Shown in pieces: positions 61,440 to 64,000 of a DNA stretch of 64,000 nt. The stretch spans positions 1,240,001 through 1,304,000 of the forward strand of contig AP026136.1 in NCBI GenBank assembly GCA_030295235.1, given 5' to 3'. The DNA comes from Fistulifera solaris. Its lineage: Eukaryota. The notes under the pieces are model-generated. The model searched no databases and had not been told where the DNA came from. It was given only the letters and a program-made list of their open reading frames with translations. Position 1 is the stretch's first letter. Every line of letters begins with the position of its first letter. Position numbers and translations under genes: made by a program.

Positions 61440-62463
61440 GTGAAATGCGGCCGCCAACGACTAGCTACTCATTGAAATATTGCGATTGATTAACAAGACT
61501 GAAACAATGCGTAAACGAATCAAACAAAAACAGAACATCATTCCTCCATCCATCAATGCCAATCGGATTAACATTCTTGTACTCTGATTACCATGAGTTG
61601 GGCACGAGAACGCTATCGGATGAAATATAACAAGTGAAATGAGCACTGGTTCGATCCGTATACGTATAGCGTGAAGGTCTTCCGGATGATTCTCGATACA
61701 AAGTAAACAGCAGCTTCCATCGTTCGATGATTGAGAAATGTTGGGGCATAATCTGTCTCCCAAATCGATAATTGTTCTGAATATTATTATTCATCAAAGA
61801 AATAATCGTTTGCTTTCCGTAAGAATGGCGAGAGTACTTGTAGTATGTGAAATGCGGCCCAATGATGTGAATCATCATCGAATGAATCAATGCAAAAATG
61901 GGCGCTAAAAAATAACCGATGTTATCTTCGACTTCGACACGCATAGCGCATACACATACACACACAAGATACACATTGAAGCATTGCGATTGAAATAACA
62001 AGACTGAAAAGCAAAGCACGAACGCGTCAAACAAATATCGTCGTCTCACTCTCACCCATCATCATCGTCGTCGAGGCACAAAAAGTGCCCCCAATGAACT
62101 TGACCTCCATTCTTTTCCCCTTGTTCAACTTGAATTTCAAAATTTAAAAGCGTCGGTAGACTATTAATGTCTTTTATCATATTCCGTAGGAGTAAACATT
62201 TGCTTCTATGTCGCTTCAATCTCTTTAGTTTGCATCGCATCGTCCACGACATCAACAACTCAACACTCAACTCTCAACCCCGACGCGCCGACACAGACAC
62301 AGATACGCATACAGGCTACACATTGAAGGCTCCCGATCGAAATAACAAAACTGAAAAACAATACATCCGTTTCATCCTTCATCATCGTCAAGGCACACAA
62401 AGTTGCCTCCGGTTGACTTGACTCCTTTCTTTTCCCCCCTTTGTTCGATATTTGAATTTGAAA
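61440..62463 (+). repeat. Degenerate direct repeat, about three units spaced ~350-500 bp
   Basis: taacaagactgaaa-like block at ~61491, 61996 and 62343; gtgaaatgcggcc at 61440 and 61848. The segment ~61935-62141 aligns with ~62290-62463. Confidence 0.75.
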
Positions 62464-64000
62464 CGCGGATGTTGCTTGTGAGATACGAGTAGGCGGGCTC
62501 GCACCTATTGAAGAATATTCAGACGCGTATATCGCGACATTCATTCATTCGTGGGTCGTGGTCGTGGGATCCCAACACATGGGGAAAACCGTTGCTCAAG
62601 ACAGAAATACTTAGATAGCTTTCCCTAAATGATTTTAAATTGAGTTTGTGAACACAAACAACATTTTGATTTTCGGTAGAAGCGCATCGCCAAACATCTT
62701 TCTCTCTTTTTTCGCTGCGTTCTTCTTCTTCTCACATCTCCTCTCAAAGGCGACTGAGAGAGGTTTGATGTCCTCCCCGTATTCAGTTGTTGCCAAAGCT
62801 GTGGCCTGCGATCATAGCTTGGGACCGTATGGTTGAATACTCAGTGGGAGCGCATGAAGGGTTGTGGTGCGTATGTCCCGAGGAAGGAGGAGTCGTCTCG
62901 CAAAACGGCAACCTCGTGTCGTCTCTCGACGATTCGCTTGCCTGCTTGCGAGGGCTTCCTGCCTTACCGGAAAACACGCAGTTGGAGCATTGTGCTGGGA
63001 AAAGTTCTTCACCTGAGTTGTGGGATCCATGAGGCGTGCCGAAGAACTGTGTGCGCCAGTGATTGGTGAAGCAATGGTAACGGTTGAGCGGGGTTTGGGG
63101 TTCACCCGCTGAGCAGCTTATGAAAGCCACATTCGCCTTTCCGCTCCCAACCGGATACATGGGCGTTTGTGATCGCTTGTTGACATCTGCTTAACGTCTT
63201 CGGAGCTCTTGCGGTGCTTATGAGTTATCCTAGAAATAGGTTAGCGGTTACGGGCACTAGCAAGGGTCCCCCATATGTCTCAGCACAATGAAAAATGTAA
63301 ACCACGACCCCTTTCATGCTAACACTTGTTCACTTCAAAACAAAACCAAATAATTTTTAATTAATGTATAAATAATACAACGGATGGATGCGCGCAGTGG
63401 GTAATGGCGACGGGCGTCGGGAGAAGCTTCGCCGTCTGATACAGTCCAATTTCGATGCGCTCCAGCGGTTTCGTGGTCGTGCGACTGCTTGTTCACTCTA
63501 ACTTCTCTACCACTCGTTGCGTTCGCTTTGTGCTCTCTCTAGTATTCACTCCAATGTCTTCCAAAGTATTAGCTGCGTTCTTGCGAAAGCCCGAGCATCC
63601 ATCTGTTTGGCCCAGTGTAGCAATGGCACTAGGCAAACTCGGAATGCTGAATGCTTATATGCCAACAGCACCACGGTGCATAGATCAATCACCACTGGGA
63701 GGAGACCACTCGCGAGGCACGCACGTTGCGCCGCTATGTTGAAAACCGATGTTTTGTAGCATGATCGATATAGCATAATCAAATAACGGCCAAGTTTTCC
63801 AGCACGGCGAAATGCAAGTCATACCACGTATCGGTATTATTGGGATAAATGTAAAGAGTAGCTGTTGCACCATATACCAGCCCGGGGAGTCCGATTCTGG
63901 CAAGACATTTTCCAACATCCAGTAACATCCATGTACCAGAGATGATGCGCGTATCGTTCTAGGCCCGGTCTTGGTACTGACCACACCAGTGCGCAGCACA

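Noticed and set aside
62650..64000. Possible transposon remnant or decayed gene at the right edge
   Set aside because: Fragmented ORFs with no transposase, RT or integrase motif that I could recognise.

Overview
This is eukaryotic nuclear DNA, most likely from a pennate diatom. The evidence is short GT-AG introns, signal peptide plus 'A-F'-type plastid targeting motifs, and diatom-type gene families. About 25 genes or gene relics are present: an RPB1 pseudogene, a RAD51 paralog, SHMT, three paralogs of an uncharacterised carrier-like membrane protein, an EH-domain protein, a secreted LPMO, a secreted subtilisin, sulfite reductase, PDH E2, an HMG-box protein, thioredoxin, MetAP, IF2, alpha-carbonic anhydrases, a thioesterase and a rhomboid protease. 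Three things stand out. (1) A ~2.7 kb inverted duplication gives two head-to-head alpha-CAs: one with a TM anchor and EF-hand-like tail, one apparently soluble. Their shared promoter holds 7 TGACGT elements. (2) An adjacent AA15-like LPMO and subtilisin carry the same C-terminal Cys-rich module. (3) A second head-to-head paralog pair shares a 158-bp identical tract and also has a TGACGT-rich promoter. Many otherwise intact genes have 1-bp homopolymer indels, which probably reflect long-read consensus errors. All family calls come from motif recognition by eye; no searches were run.
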